Virus record (IMG/VR): IMGVR_UViG_3300049830_000248
Span: 1-52,212 of that record
Origin: a virus
Lineage: Duplodnaviria > Caudoviricetes
Length of the DNA stretch: 52,212 nucleotides
Reading direction: 5' to 3' (one strand)
The position numbers and the translations under genes were made by a program. This document shows, in pieces, positions 16,161-26,095 of this stretch. A model generated the notes under the pieces. That model saw nothing but the letters and a program-made list of their open reading frames with translations, was not told the DNA's origin and did no database searches. Each line of letters starts with the position of its first letter. Positions within the stretch are counted from its first letter, which is position 1.

Positions 16161-16161
16161 C

Positions 16162-17247
16162 ATGAAAAAAATTATGCTCGCGGTGCTGCTCGCCTTCTCG
16201 TTCTTTCACCGGGCGCACGCCGCTTATCCTTCCTACACCGATCTGACGAATGTTTGCAACGCCCTGATTGCGGCGTCCGGCGGCGGCGGGAGCGGCGGAC
16301 TCGGCGCGGGTGTTCCGGTGAAAAGCCCGAACCTCTACTGGACGAATAACGTCTTTCGCTCATTCTGGACAACCAACGCAAATTTCACGAACGCGCAGGT
16401 CGGTCTGGCCTCAAGCAATTTTTATGTCGCACAAATCACGATTTCAAATTCGGCGGCAACATCCATCACCGACACGTTTCCATTCAAGGTATTTTCGGTT
16501 TCAGCAAAAACCAACGTGGGCGCGGTGCTGATTGGGGCGGGGGCGGTGGTTGATCTGCAATTCTATTACAACGGGTCGGGTGCATATTTCGTGGTTGACC
16601 ACGGGGCAAACAATCCGGCGCTGACCGCGCTGGCGGCTTCTGGAGCGGCTGGCAGCAGCGGCGTATTGACGCTCAACGCTGGGACATTGCAGGTGAATCC
16701 CGGCGTCCAACTGGCGACGAATGTTCCATCTGGAATCAGCATCACCAATCCAGTCATCGCTACCATCACGACGGCGGCGACAGAATTCCTCGCGCAGCAA
16801 ACCGGCGACACTTTTGGAACATCAAGGCTGCATCTTCAAAACCGGACACCGAACTACGGCGCATTGCTGGAAAATCTAGCCTTCGACTTGTGTGATCTGG
16901 CGTTGATTGGCAACACCGCAAATCAAGGCAACCTGCGGTTTGAACACCGGAGCGGCAGCGTGACCAGCGGCAACATCAGCGGCGAACTACAAGGCTGGCT
17001 CAACAATGCAAGCATCCAGACATTTGCCTTTGGGTCAAACAGCGCCAGCATTTACTCGCCGCTTTACTCGCCGCAAATCATAATCACCAACATCGGTCTG
17101 ATTTACGGGTCGAACACATGGAACATCGTGAGCGTGACGAACCGGATGCCGAATTTTTCTTTCCAGACATTGAACAGCAACGGGCAGGCGCTCGTTTCGG
17201 TTTCGGTTTCCAACGGCGTGACTCGCATCAAACAGCTTGCCCCTTGA
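16162..17247 (+). CDS. Asn/Thr/Ser-rich beta protein with signal peptide (fibre/adhesin-like)
   Basis: MKKIMLAVLLAFSFFHRAHA; Gly linker; many TN/SN motifs. Confidence 0.65.
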   Translation: MKKIMLAVLLAFSFFHRAHAAYPSYTDLTNVCNALIAASGGGGSGGLGAGVPVKSPNLYWTNNVFRSFWTTNANFTNAQVGLASSNFYVAQITISNSAATSITDTFPFKVFSVSAKTNVGAVLIGAGAVVDLQFYYNGSGAYFVVDHGANNPALTALAASGAAGSSGVLTLNAGTLQVNPGVQLATNVPSGISITNPVIATITTAATEFLAQQTGDTFGTSRLHLQNRTPNYGALLENLAFDLCDLALIGNTANQGNLRFEHRSGSVTSGNISGELQGWLNNASIQTFAFGSNSASIYSPLYSPQIIITNIGLIYGSNTWNIVSVTNRMPNFSFQTLNSNGQALVSVSVSNGVTRIKQLAP

Positions 17248-18767
17248 AAAACATCGCGCTCATATTGCTCCTGCTCGGCACACTGGCGGCGCAAGGCGCA
17301 ACCAACAACGCGGCTTCCTGCTCATTCCTTGACGTAACCAACGCCATCGCGCACTCGGTTTATGGCGACACAGTTCTACTTCCGGCTGGCACGGCCACAT
17401 GGTCAAACACGGTGAACATGACGGGCATCACCCTGCAAGGTTCGGGGACAAATCTTACCATCATCGCCGATGGCACGGCGCAATTCGCGTATTTGGCAAC
17501 ACTGCAACTCAACGTCATTGCAAATTATCCGACGCGCGTGACCGGCATCCAGTTCACCATCTTCACGAACAGCTACAACAATTACAAAGGGATGATTGCG
17601 GTGTATGGGCAGCAACCGACATGGCGGATTGACAACAGCTTTTTCAACTACACGGGTGCGAAATCAATCCTTGTCGGAGATTCATCCTACGGACTGATTG
17701 ACCACAATTATTTTGCAGGCAACACGAAGCAATACATCGAGGCGTTCGGCACGGCCTACGGCGATGCGTCATGGGCGGCGGCGGACACGTTTGGGACAAC
17801 CAACACGCTTGTCATCGAGGACAATGTTTTTGTGGACTCAAACAGGTTCGGATCAATTGACTGCGATGCCGGCGGAAGAATTTGCGTCCGGCACAACACG
17901 TTCACGGGAACATTTTTCACCGTTCACGGAACTGAAAGCGGATTGAGGTATCGCGGTTGCCGCCAGCTTGAGGTCTATAATAATTCTTTCTACTATCCGT
18001 CATTCGCGCCTTCCGACGATTTTTACACTGGTTGCGACATTCGCGGCGGCGCAGCGATGATTTTTTCAAACACCTTCACAGGCTTCAATTCTTCCATCAA
18101 CCTGAACCAATACCGCGAGACGGACAACGACCCGAACTTTGCACCGTGGTATGGGGCGAGCGGCATCAACGGTTACGACAGCAATTCCGTCGTCCTGCTT
18201 TCTGGGACAGCCGCCGCGACCAGCAACCGGCTCTACGTCGCCATCGCCGCATGGGCGACCAACCAGTTTTACGGTGCGACGGTCTATAATTCCAACAGTG
18301 TGAACGGTAACAAGGTTTTTGGCATGGTAATCAGCAACGACAACCGCACGATGTATTTCAAAACGTCGAGAACTGCGGCGTATCAATTTTACATCACCAA
18401 CGGCGACCCTTTCTCCATTCACACAGCATATCCGACTATTGACCAGCTAGGCTATGGGCGAAGCGATCTGATGACGGGCGCAGTTCCGCCTGCCGTGTGG
18501 CCGAACCAGCAAAAAAGCCCGTGTTATTTTTGGTCGAATACGGTTGCCACATGGACTTACGCCAGCGTTTATACAACCAATGACGGGGCGGCATCCAGCA
18601 GCTACCCGAACGTGCTTTTGAACCGAGACTTTTTCAACACGACGAATCCGGCTTACACGCCGCTGATTTATCCGCATCCGTCCATTGGCACGAACGCCGC
18701 CGCTGCGCCGACGTTCTCCGGTGGATTGTTGCAACCCATCGGACAAAATTCAACGGGGGTATTTTGA
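17244..18767 (+). CDS. Pectin-lyase-like beta-helix protein with signal peptide (tailspike/depolymerase-like)
   Basis: TTG start MKNIALILLLLGTLAAQG; GDTVLLPAGT, repeated IDNSFF/IDHNYF/IEDNVF/VRHNTF/VYNNSF strands. Confidence 0.7.
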   Translation: MKNIALILLLLGTLAAQGATNNAASCSFLDVTNAIAHSVYGDTVLLPAGTATWSNTVNMTGITLQGSGTNLTIIADGTAQFAYLATLQLNVIANYPTRVTGIQFTIFTNSYNNYKGMIAVYGQQPTWRIDNSFFNYTGAKSILVGDSSYGLIDHNYFAGNTKQYIEAFGTAYGDASWAAADTFGTTNTLVIEDNVFVDSNRFGSIDCDAGGRICVRHNTFTGTFFTVHGTESGLRYRGCRQLEVYNNSFYYPSFAPSDDFYTGCDIRGGAAMIFSNTFTGFNSSINLNQYRETDNDPNFAPWYGASGINGYDSNSVVLLSGTAAATSNRLYVAIAAWATNQFYGATVYNSNSVNGNKVFGMVISNDNRTMYFKTSRTAAYQFYITNGDPFSIHTAYPTIDQLGYGRSDLMTGAVPPAVWPNQQKSPCYFWSNTVATWTYASVYTTNDGAASSSYPNVLLNRDFFNTTNPAYTPLIYPHPSIGTNAAAAPTFSGGLLQPIGQNSTGVF

Positions 18768-18768
18768 C

Positions 18769-21700
18769 ATGGAGCGAAGGATATACGCATACCTGAAATC
18801 TTTCCCGAAGGGGATGAACAGCAATGTTGACCCGTTGCTGCTTCCGAACGACCAGCTTTCGTTCGCCTCAAATGCGACGGTGCGAGGCGATTTTATTTCA
18901 CAGCGACCGCCGTTCTACAACATTTCGTTGAGCTACGATTCGGCGAACACGAGTAGCCATTTTCAGGCCGGACTGTTCCAGGGCGCGGCGTATTACCGGA
19001 CAACCACCAACGGACTCATCATGGTAGCCGTGGCTGGCAGGCTATTCCAAATCGCGGTGAACGCCGACCAGACTGCGCTGGTTTCGGAAATTGCGCTTCC
19101 GTCGGTCAACTCGCCAACGGCGGTTCAGAATTGGCTTTGGCAGGCGGAAAACTTTCTGATCTGGAATGACGGCGTGAACCTGCCGATTTTCTACGATGGC
19201 AACATCACGCGCCGTTCTTACGGTGCAGCACCGACGCAACTCGGTTCGGCGGCGGTGTCGTTCACTGTGCCAGCGCAAAACCAATACGTCAGCGGTGACG
19301 TTCAGTTGAATAACGCATGGACGGCAGGCGTTGGCATGGTCTTGATTGGTCAGGCGCTTTACTACGTCCAGAGTTTCTACGGTGGTTCAATCGGTGGCCG
19401 AATCACGATTGGGCTGAACGCCATCACCTATTCCGGCGGCGACCTGCTAAATCCAGGCGCGGCAATTTCGTTGAACAACAAAAACGCGGGGACAATACTC
19501 GCGGCGACGGATAACAGCCTTGCGGCCATTACGAACTTTCCGCCGATTGCGGTTCAGGGAACTCCTGGCAATGCACTCACATTGAAGGTGGTTTCAGACA
19601 CCGCTTCTGGAATCGCCAGCACGGTTGCACTTGGAACGGCAGTAAGCGGCAGCGCAAAGTATTCTGGAACTATTGTTTCTGCCAAAGTCGGGGGCGTTGA
19701 CATTGGAAGTTGGCCGGCAAATGCAGCGGCACAAATGACGATTACTCTGCAAGGCCCCGCCGGAGGAATCGGGGTTCAAAATGTTGGAAGAAACGTGACA
19801 TTCACAAACTCTTTCGGTGGCCCCGCAATCTATGCCAGCGGAACTTTTATATCTACCAATGGAGTCAATACGGTAACTTTTTCGCTCGACTCATTGCTTG
19901 GTGGTCAAGTTGCCGGCGGCGGTGTTCCGCCAATAGGAACCATTCCTTTTTGCGTTATTGGAGGTTTTACTGGGAGCGGTTTTGTAGTCACAAATTGGGG
20001 AACATCTACTTGGCCGACGTCTGGAATATCACAAGTTGACATCACATTAAGCCAAACATTTTCTGGCGCGATCAACGACATTCTTCAAGTCGGAACCGCG
20101 ACGATGAAGGTGATTGCCCAATCTGGCGCATTGGTGACTTGCCAGATGGTCAGCAATTCGACAGGGGTAGCGGTTCCAATCGGCGGACTTGTAGTTAACA
20201 ACACAAAAGCATCGGCCACACCTGTAAATTACGGGTCTAGCATATTGGTTGTGCCAACAATACCAGCCGTAGGTAGCCAATTCTCACTCGACACAACCGT
20301 TGTGGCCGCAACGCCCGTCGTCGGCCAGATTCTTTATTTCAACACCGTCAACGCGGGCGCAGGCGGAGTTGTTGTCGCCGTCGTATTGGCTTCGTCAGGT
20401 GGTGTAATCGGACAGGCATTGAATTATTTCCGCCTGACACTTTCAATCCCGTTCGCGGGCAACGTGAGCGATTCAATCCACGTCGGCTCCGGCAATACGC
20501 TGGCGACGCTGACCGTGACCTCAAAAATCAGCGCGAGCATCATCCAATGTCAGATGACGAACACGCCGGTCAGCGCGCTCATCCCCATCACCAGCGCGAC
20601 ACCGACGGCGAGCCAGATTGTCGTGAACGATTCCGCAAGCGGTGCGCTTACCGGAGTTGGCACTTATCCTTTGACCGACGGCGGTTCGCCTGCCAACGCA
20701 TTAAATCCAGTTCCAGTCTCATCCTCGTTCACGCTCCAAACACTGCCCGGAACCACTTCCGCCGCCGTCGGTCAGATTGTGCAGATCAGCACGAGCCTCG
20801 GTGCAACCGATCTGTTCCAAATCGTATCTGTCAGCGGTGGCAGCGTCGGGACGCAGCCAAAAATCCGCGTCCAGAACATCAACGACATCGAGGGCAGCAC
20901 CGTCAACGCCGGGACGTTCATCTATTCCGTGCCAGAATTTGACGTGTCCAAGATGGGTGTTTATGGCATGGGCCGGAATTGGGTTGCGCTGGCCGACGGC
21001 ACAGAGTTTGTCGCGGGCGACCTCGTGGGCGCGACGACCGGAACGCAGTTTTACAAATACAAGGATGCCGTCCTGAAAGTATCGCAGAATTATTTCCTCG
21101 CTGGCGGCGGGACGTTTTCCATTCCCGGCAGCGGCGAACAAATCCGCGCGATGCAGTTCACGGCCCGTCTTGACGCATCGCTTGGACAGGGTGCGCTTCA
21201 AGTATTCACCGATGACACAGTTTTTTCCTGCGAAGCACCGACTGACATCACTGTTTGGTCAAAGCTGGCGAGTCCGATTTTGATTGAAGGGCTGATTGGT
21301 TCAGGGGCGATTTCGCAAAACGCCGTTGTTCAGAACAACGGAGATTTGATGTTCCGGCTTTCGGATGGCGGCGTCCAGTCAATGCTGATGGCGCGGCTCG
21401 ACTTCCATAAATGGGGCAACACACCAATCAGCAAGGAAGTGACGCGCAGCATCGTGAACGACCCGCCCGCGCTCTATCCGTTCACTAGCATGGCGGTGTT
21501 CAACAACCGGATGTTGATGACGTGCAAGCTGGCGCAAGCGGCGCGCGGAGTTTATGGCGCGGCGATGGTGTCGCTGAACTTCGACCCGATAAGTTCACTG
21601 GCCGGCAAAGCGCCGACGGTCTGGGAAAGCGAATGGTCTGGATTAAATGTATTACAAATAATCACCGGCTTTTTCAACGGGTCAAAACAGTGTTACGCGC

Positions 21701-22176
21701 TCTGCCTTTCCAACGACCTGACAAAAATCGAGCTTCACCAAATCCAGCAGGACAACGCGGCGACCGTGGACAATGGCAACAGTCCGATAACATGGTTTTT
21801 CGAGTCGCCAATGCTCTGCGGCGACAACCCAAACCAACCGCGCCGATACAAGCGGCTCGTGAACGGAGAATTTTCTTTCCACAACATCACCGCAGATGTT
21901 TCGTATCAATTCTTTTACAGCACCGACCAAAATCCGGCGTGGATTCCGTGGTATTCGTCCGTCATCAAGTATCAGGGGGCATCCGACCCCGGCTACCGCC
22001 GTCGCATCCCGATTGGTATGCCAAGTCCAACCGTGTTTGATCCGACAAACAATCAACCGACGCGCGAAGGTTATAATTTCCAGATAAAAATTCAAATCAC
22101 CGGCAGCGGGACACCGACAGACATCAGAATTGCCTGCGACGAGATTGACCAGCCGGAATTTGCCCAGCCAAAATGA
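18769..22176 (+). CDS. Tail nozzle / tubular-protein-B-like structural protein with large central insertion
   Basis: Beta-propeller-like N- and C-terminal parts (GMNS..DP..LP; WGNTPISKEV) flanking a Gly/Ser/Thr/Val-rich insert; structural operon context. Confidence 0.55.
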   Translation: MERRIYAYLKSFPKGMNSNVDPLLLPNDQLSFASNATVRGDFISQRPPFYNISLSYDSANTSSHFQAGLFQGAAYYRTTTNGLIMVAVAGRLFQIAVNADQTALVSEIALPSVNSPTAVQNWLWQAENFLIWNDGVNLPIFYDGNITRRSYGAAPTQLGSAAVSFTVPAQNQYVSGDVQLNNAWTAGVGMVLIGQALYYVQSFYGGSIGGRITIGLNAITYSGGDLLNPGAAISLNNKNAGTILAATDNSLAAITNFPPIAVQGTPGNALTLKVVSDTASGIASTVALGTAVSGSAKYSGTIVSAKVGGVDIGSWPANAAAQMTITLQGPAGGIGVQNVGRNVTFTNSFGGPAIYASGTFISTNGVNTVTFSLDSLLGGQVAGGGVPPIGTIPFCVIGGFTGSGFVVTNWGTSTWPTSGISQVDITLSQTFSGAINDILQVGTATMKVIAQSGALVTCQMVSNSTGVAVPIGGLVVNNTKASATPVNYGSSILVVPTIPAVGSQFSLDTTVVAATPVVGQILYFNTVNAGAGGVVVAVVLASSGGVIGQALNYFRLTLSIPFAGNVSDSIHVGSGNTLATLTVTSKISASIIQCQMTNTPVSALIPITSATPTASQIVVNDSASGALTGVGTYPLTDGGSPANALNPVPVSSSFTLQTLPGTTSAAVGQIVQISTSLGATDLFQIVSVSGGSVGTQPKIRVQNINDIEGSTVNAGTFIYSVPEFDVSKMGVYGMGRNWVALADGTEFVAGDLVGATTGTQFYKYKDAVLKVSQNYFLAGGGTFSIPGSGEQIRAMQFTARLDASLGQGALQVFTDDTVFSCEAPTDITVWSKLASPILIEGLIGSGAISQNAVVQNNGDLMFRLSDGGVQSMLMARLDFHKWGNTPISKEVTRSIVNDPPALYPFTSMAVFNNRMLMTCKLAQAARGVYGAAMVSLNFDPISSLAGKAPTVWESEWSGLNVLQIITGFFNGSKQCYALCLSNDLTKIELHQIQQDNAATVDNGNSPITWFFESPMLCGDNPNQPRRYKRLVNGEFSFHNITADVSYQFFYSTDQNPAWIPWYSSVIKYQGASDPGYRRRIPIGMPSPTVFDPTNNQPTREGYNFQIKIQITGSGTPTDIRIACDEIDQPEFAQPK

Positions 22177-23468
22177 GAAGCATCACCTTGCCAACACCAT
22201 TGCAGCCGATACAGGTTTTCATTGAGAAAATCGAGGCATTGCAATACGACAACGTGAACACTGTGAACATCGGTGCGGGCGGCAATGCGACCGCCTACCC
22301 GGTTGCGGTGACGGACGCCACGGATGCGGCGGCGATGTTGCAGCAAATCAACAACGCCATCAACTCAACGGCGATTTCAACTTTCATCACTGGAAATCCA
22401 GTGCCAACAACTGCGCCCGTCGCGCCCGTCGCCACGCCCGATTACGGCCAGACAAAAATCACATGGAACCAGATGGCGTCAAACTACGCCTTCCGCGTTT
22501 ATCGCAGCGAAGCCAGCGGCAGCGGTTACGCGGCCATCGGTGATACCAACGTCAATTCGTTTCTCGACCAGAACATCACACCCGGCGTCACCTACTACTA
22601 CGTTGTGACCACCTACACGGCTCGCGGTGAAAGCGGGTATTCGACCGAAGTGAACGGCGCGAGCCTGATACCGGCTGTTCCGGCGGGATTGCTGGCAACA
22701 GCAGACCTTTATCAGTCCGACCTGACATGGGGTGCGGTGACGGCGGCAGGCAGCGCGGCCTTCACCGATGCGGACGTTGCCTACGAGATTTACCGCGACG
22801 GAAATTCGCTGACAGCATCCGACCCGACCAGCTACAACGATTCCGCGTTGACGGCTGGACAATCATATTCCTACACCGTCGCCGCCGTCATCAACGGAGT
22901 TTCCAGCGCGCAATCAGTTGCCTCGGCCTGCACACCTACCGCCCTGGCTGCACCCGCTGGAATGGTGGCTTCTTCTGGCATTTACAGCGCGGACATTTCT
23001 TGGAGCGCAGTCGCCGGGGCGCTGGGTTACAACGTGTATCGCTCCGTTGTCAGCGGCACGGGCTATGTCATGGTCAGTCAATCAGCAACCCCAGGATTCA
23101 CTGACACCTATCTGCGTTCCGACACGGTTTATTATTACGTCGTCACGGCGACAGTCAACGGCGGCGAAAGCGTGGTGTCAACCGAATCCTCCTGCCAGCC
23201 GACGACGGTGACAATCAACGCCGCCTCGCCGAATCCGGCGAGCATCAGCGGCAGCACGATTACCTTCACCGGGACGGGCTTTGACCCGTCACAACAGGCA
23301 TTGCTGAAATATGGCACGGTTCAGATCGCTTACCTTCAAGTTGTGTATCTCGACGCCACACACTTCACCGTCATCACGCCGGGCGGATTGAGTGCTGGCG
23401 ACGTGCAATTTTATTACGAAGTGAACGGAAGCGACTACACAATACCGTTTTTGGTTGCATTTCAATAA
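22173..23468 (+). CDS. Fibronectin type III repeat protein with C-terminal IPT/TIG-like domain
   Basis: Three W...YR...D..L.....YYYVV...NG.ES units; ITFTGTGF. Confidence 0.8.
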   Translation: MRSITLPTPLQPIQVFIEKIEALQYDNVNTVNIGAGGNATAYPVAVTDATDAAAMLQQINNAINSTAISTFITGNPVPTTAPVAPVATPDYGQTKITWNQMASNYAFRVYRSEASGSGYAAIGDTNVNSFLDQNITPGVTYYYVVTTYTARGESGYSTEVNGASLIPAVPAGLLATADLYQSDLTWGAVTAAGSAAFTDADVAYEIYRDGNSLTASDPTSYNDSALTAGQSYSYTVAAVINGVSSAQSVASACTPTALAAPAGMVASSGIYSADISWSAVAGALGYNVYRSVVSGTGYVMVSQSATPGFTDTYLRSDTVYYYVVTATVNGGESVVSTESSCQPTTVTINAASPNPASISGSTITFTGTGFDPSQQALLKYGTVQIAYLQVVYLDATHFTVITPGGLSAGDVQFYYEVNGSDYTIPFLVAFQ

Positions 23469-23487
23469 ATTAACACGAAGATAAATC

Positions 23488-24501
23488 ATGCTGACGCTGG
23501 GACAGGTCAAAAATAGCACGGTGGCAAACATTGCTGGTGTCAATGTGAACGACGCGCAATTTTACGGCTACGTCAACGATGCCGTGCGGATGTTGATGGA
23601 CTTGGGCGATTGGTGGGGTTCGGTTGTGTCCATGACAGGTTACGTCGCGCAGGGCTGCATCACCTGGCCGAAACAGATTGACGCTGTTCTGGCGATGAAC
23701 ATAAACGACCGCTCGGTTCAGATTTCAAACCAATGGTATTCCTTCACGCCGATTCGCGGGACTTACGCGGGGCTGGCGCAAAGTTACGGCTGTTCGTGTG
23801 ACGACTTCATTTCGCGCTGGGGAACTTACGGGACGCAGGACAGCATCATCGAGTTTGCGGGGACGCAACCGATGTTCGACCCGCCAACCCCAGCCGACCC
23901 ATTTCGCATCCAAGTGACCGCCGACAACTCGGCAGATTACGGCAAGACCGTCACCATCTATGGGCAGGATGAAAACGCGCAGGAAATTTTCGCCACCCGC
24001 GACGACGGCAGCACCCAACGCGGCGTTCCATTCGTGCTTTCGCAGGCCGGAACAATTTCAACGCAGGTCTTTTCCACCGTAACCGCCGTCACGAAGGACA
24101 TCACCGTGAGCCTTGTGCGCGCTTGGAAATACACGACCGCCACAGGGCGCGTGTGCGCGATCTGGTCGGGCGGTCAAACTTCGCCGCAGTTCCTTTTCAG
24201 TCGCCTTGCCAATGTGCCGCAGAACACGACATTTTGCTTGAGCGCGCTGGTCAAGCTGGGATTCGAGCCGGTGACGCAGGACTCGGACATCCTGCCGCTT
24301 GGAAATCTGGACGCCATCAAGATAATGATTCAGGCCATCCGCAAGCGCGAGGCTGGCGACATTGACGGTTCGGTGAACTTCGAGAAGGATGCCATCCGCC
24401 GGCTGAACATGGAGTTGAATTCGCGCCTGCCAGTTGACCAGATGCCCATTGTTCAAGAACCGTTCGGAAGCCAATACCCTGTTCATCGGAGGATTTACTG
24501 A
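23488..24501 (+). CDS. Probable head-tail adaptor / tubular-protein-A-like
   Basis: MLTLGQVK...YVNDAVRML helical N-terminus; position before the ejection proteins. Confidence 0.5.
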   Translation: MLTLGQVKNSTVANIAGVNVNDAQFYGYVNDAVRMLMDLGDWWGSVVSMTGYVAQGCITWPKQIDAVLAMNINDRSVQISNQWYSFTPIRGTYAGLAQSYGCSCDDFISRWGTYGTQDSIIEFAGTQPMFDPPTPADPFRIQVTADNSADYGKTVTIYGQDENAQEIFATRDDGSTQRGVPFVLSQAGTISTQVFSTVTAVTKDITVSLVRAWKYTTATGRVCAIWSGGQTSPQFLFSRLANVPQNTTFCLSALVKLGFEPVTQDSDILPLGNLDAIKIMIQAIRKREAGDIDGSVNFEKDAIRRLNMELNSRLPVDQMPIVQEPFGSQYPVHRRIY

Positions 24502-24531
24502 TATGACTAAAACCAAAGACGCAATAAAAAT

Positions 24532-25230
24532 ATGGCGACCTCATACAATATAAGCCCAAGTCCGAGGGCTGGACAGGGTTCCTTCGGCATGGTTCCCGGC
24601 AGCATCGGCCTTCCACCCTCCATTTGGGAACAACTCAACCAGAACATTCCGAACTACGGTGCGCTGACAAACAGCGCGACGGGCAACATTCAGAGCGAAC
24701 TGAACGGCACATTGTCGCCATCCACCATGTCGGCCATCGGCAACTCGGCGGCGGCGCATGGAGTTTCTCTTGGACAACCCAACAGCGCCATGTCGAATCT
24801 ATTCGGCTACAACGTCACGGGCAACACGGTCGAAGGATTGCAGCATCAAGGCATAGCCGATTACGAGAATTTGACCGGAACACTTGGGCCAACCCAGCAA
24901 AACCCGCAGTTGTTGACGAACATTGCGGAAACGAACGCGGTGAACAATTCTGCGCCCGACCCCGGTGCGGCAGCGGCTTACTATAAGACTTTGTTTGATT
25001 CCTACATGAGGCCGGCTGCTGGCACAGGGCGTTATTCCGCCCCCGCTCCAACCTCTTTGTATTCTGGCGGTGGAAATCCGTGGGCGGGGATGGGGTTTGC
25101 GAGTCAAGGCGGCTACGGTGGAGGCAGCATAGCAGGCGCGCAAGGCGGATTTGCTTCTGGCATCGGCCCAGTGATCTCAACCGGCGCGGACTGGTATAGC
25201 CAGCCGTCCTACGGCGGGGAGGGCTATTGA
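24532..25230 (+). CDS. Probable internal virion/ejection protein
   Basis: Gly/Ser/Asn/Gln-rich low-complexity protein in the typical position. Confidence 0.5.
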   Translation: MATSYNISPSPRAGQGSFGMVPGSIGLPPSIWEQLNQNIPNYGALTNSATGNIQSELNGTLSPSTMSAIGNSAAAHGVSLGQPNSAMSNLFGYNVTGNTVEGLQHQGIADYENLTGTLGPTQQNPQLLTNIAETNAVNNSAPDPGAAAAYYKTLFDSYMRPAAGTGRYSAPAPTSLYSGGGNPWAGMGFASQGGYGGGSIAGAQGGFASGIGPVISTGADWYSQPSYGGEGY

Positions 25231-25231
25231 T

Positions 25232-26095
25232 ATGGAAGTCCCGCCCTGGCTACAAATCACGCCGTCATCCTACCTTAACGCGATGGAGGCCGGGGCGCAC
25301 ATTGGGTTGCAACGGCAGCAGATGGCGGCGGCAGAACGCGAGGCGCAGATGCGCGATGCCATTTCACAGCGCGAACTGCAACAACGGGCGATGCAGGAGC
25401 AGGCTTCACTTGGGTTGCAACGGAACAGCCTGATGCAATCCGGCCAAGAGGCGGCTGGACGGCTCGCGTTGGGCAACAGGGAGGCCGACAACAGCGCGGC
25501 GGCTGCGCTGATGAATAATTCCATGCGCGGACAGGAGCTTGAACGGCAGACCGCGCAGCAGGAGGCAACGCGGGCATTGGAGGAGGCGCGGTTGAATCAG
25601 TCCGGCGATTTGGGCGAGCAACGGCTGGATGCGATACGGCAGCGGAACGAGGATTTGAACAAATACAACACCGACCGCAATCAGAACCGCTCCGATTGGC
25701 TGGACTTGCGCGAAAAGCAGCTACAGAGAAACCCCGGCTACTTAAACTTTGTGAAAGTCACGGAAAAAGACGGGAATGAAACCAAAACCCGCTGGGTTTC
25801 GAAGGATGAATACGACGCGCAGAATTCTGCGCCTGCGCCCGACTACGCGGCCAGCGCGCTCAAGCCGACGGGCGATTTTTACGGCAACAAGTTTTTTAAC
25901 GGCCAACAGCCTCCGGTAACGCTTGGCGAACAGCCGGCCACATCGCCAGCAGCAACCTCACTGGATGGAAAAACCGTGGTTTCAAAGAAAACGCCGCCAA
26001 CCGCCGCCATCGCAAAACTTCTTACTCATCCAGAACTGGCCGCTCAATTTGACGAATGGTATGGTGAAGGAAGCTCTGCAAACTATCTCAAGTAA
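25232..26095 (+). CDS. Probable internal virion/ejection protein
   Basis: Gln/Ala/Arg-rich helical protein ending FDEWYGEG. Confidence 0.5.
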   Translation: MEVPPWLQITPSSYLNAMEAGAHIGLQRQQMAAAEREAQMRDAISQRELQQRAMQEQASLGLQRNSLMQSGQEAAGRLALGNREADNSAAAALMNNSMRGQELERQTAQQEATRALEEARLNQSGDLGEQRLDAIRQRNEDLNKYNTDRNQNRSDWLDLREKQLQRNPGYLNFVKVTEKDGNETKTRWVSKDEYDAQNSAPAPDYAASALKPTGDFYGNKFFNGQQPPVTLGEQPATSPAATSLDGKTVVSKKTPPTAAIAKLLTHPELAAQFDEWYGEGSSANYLK

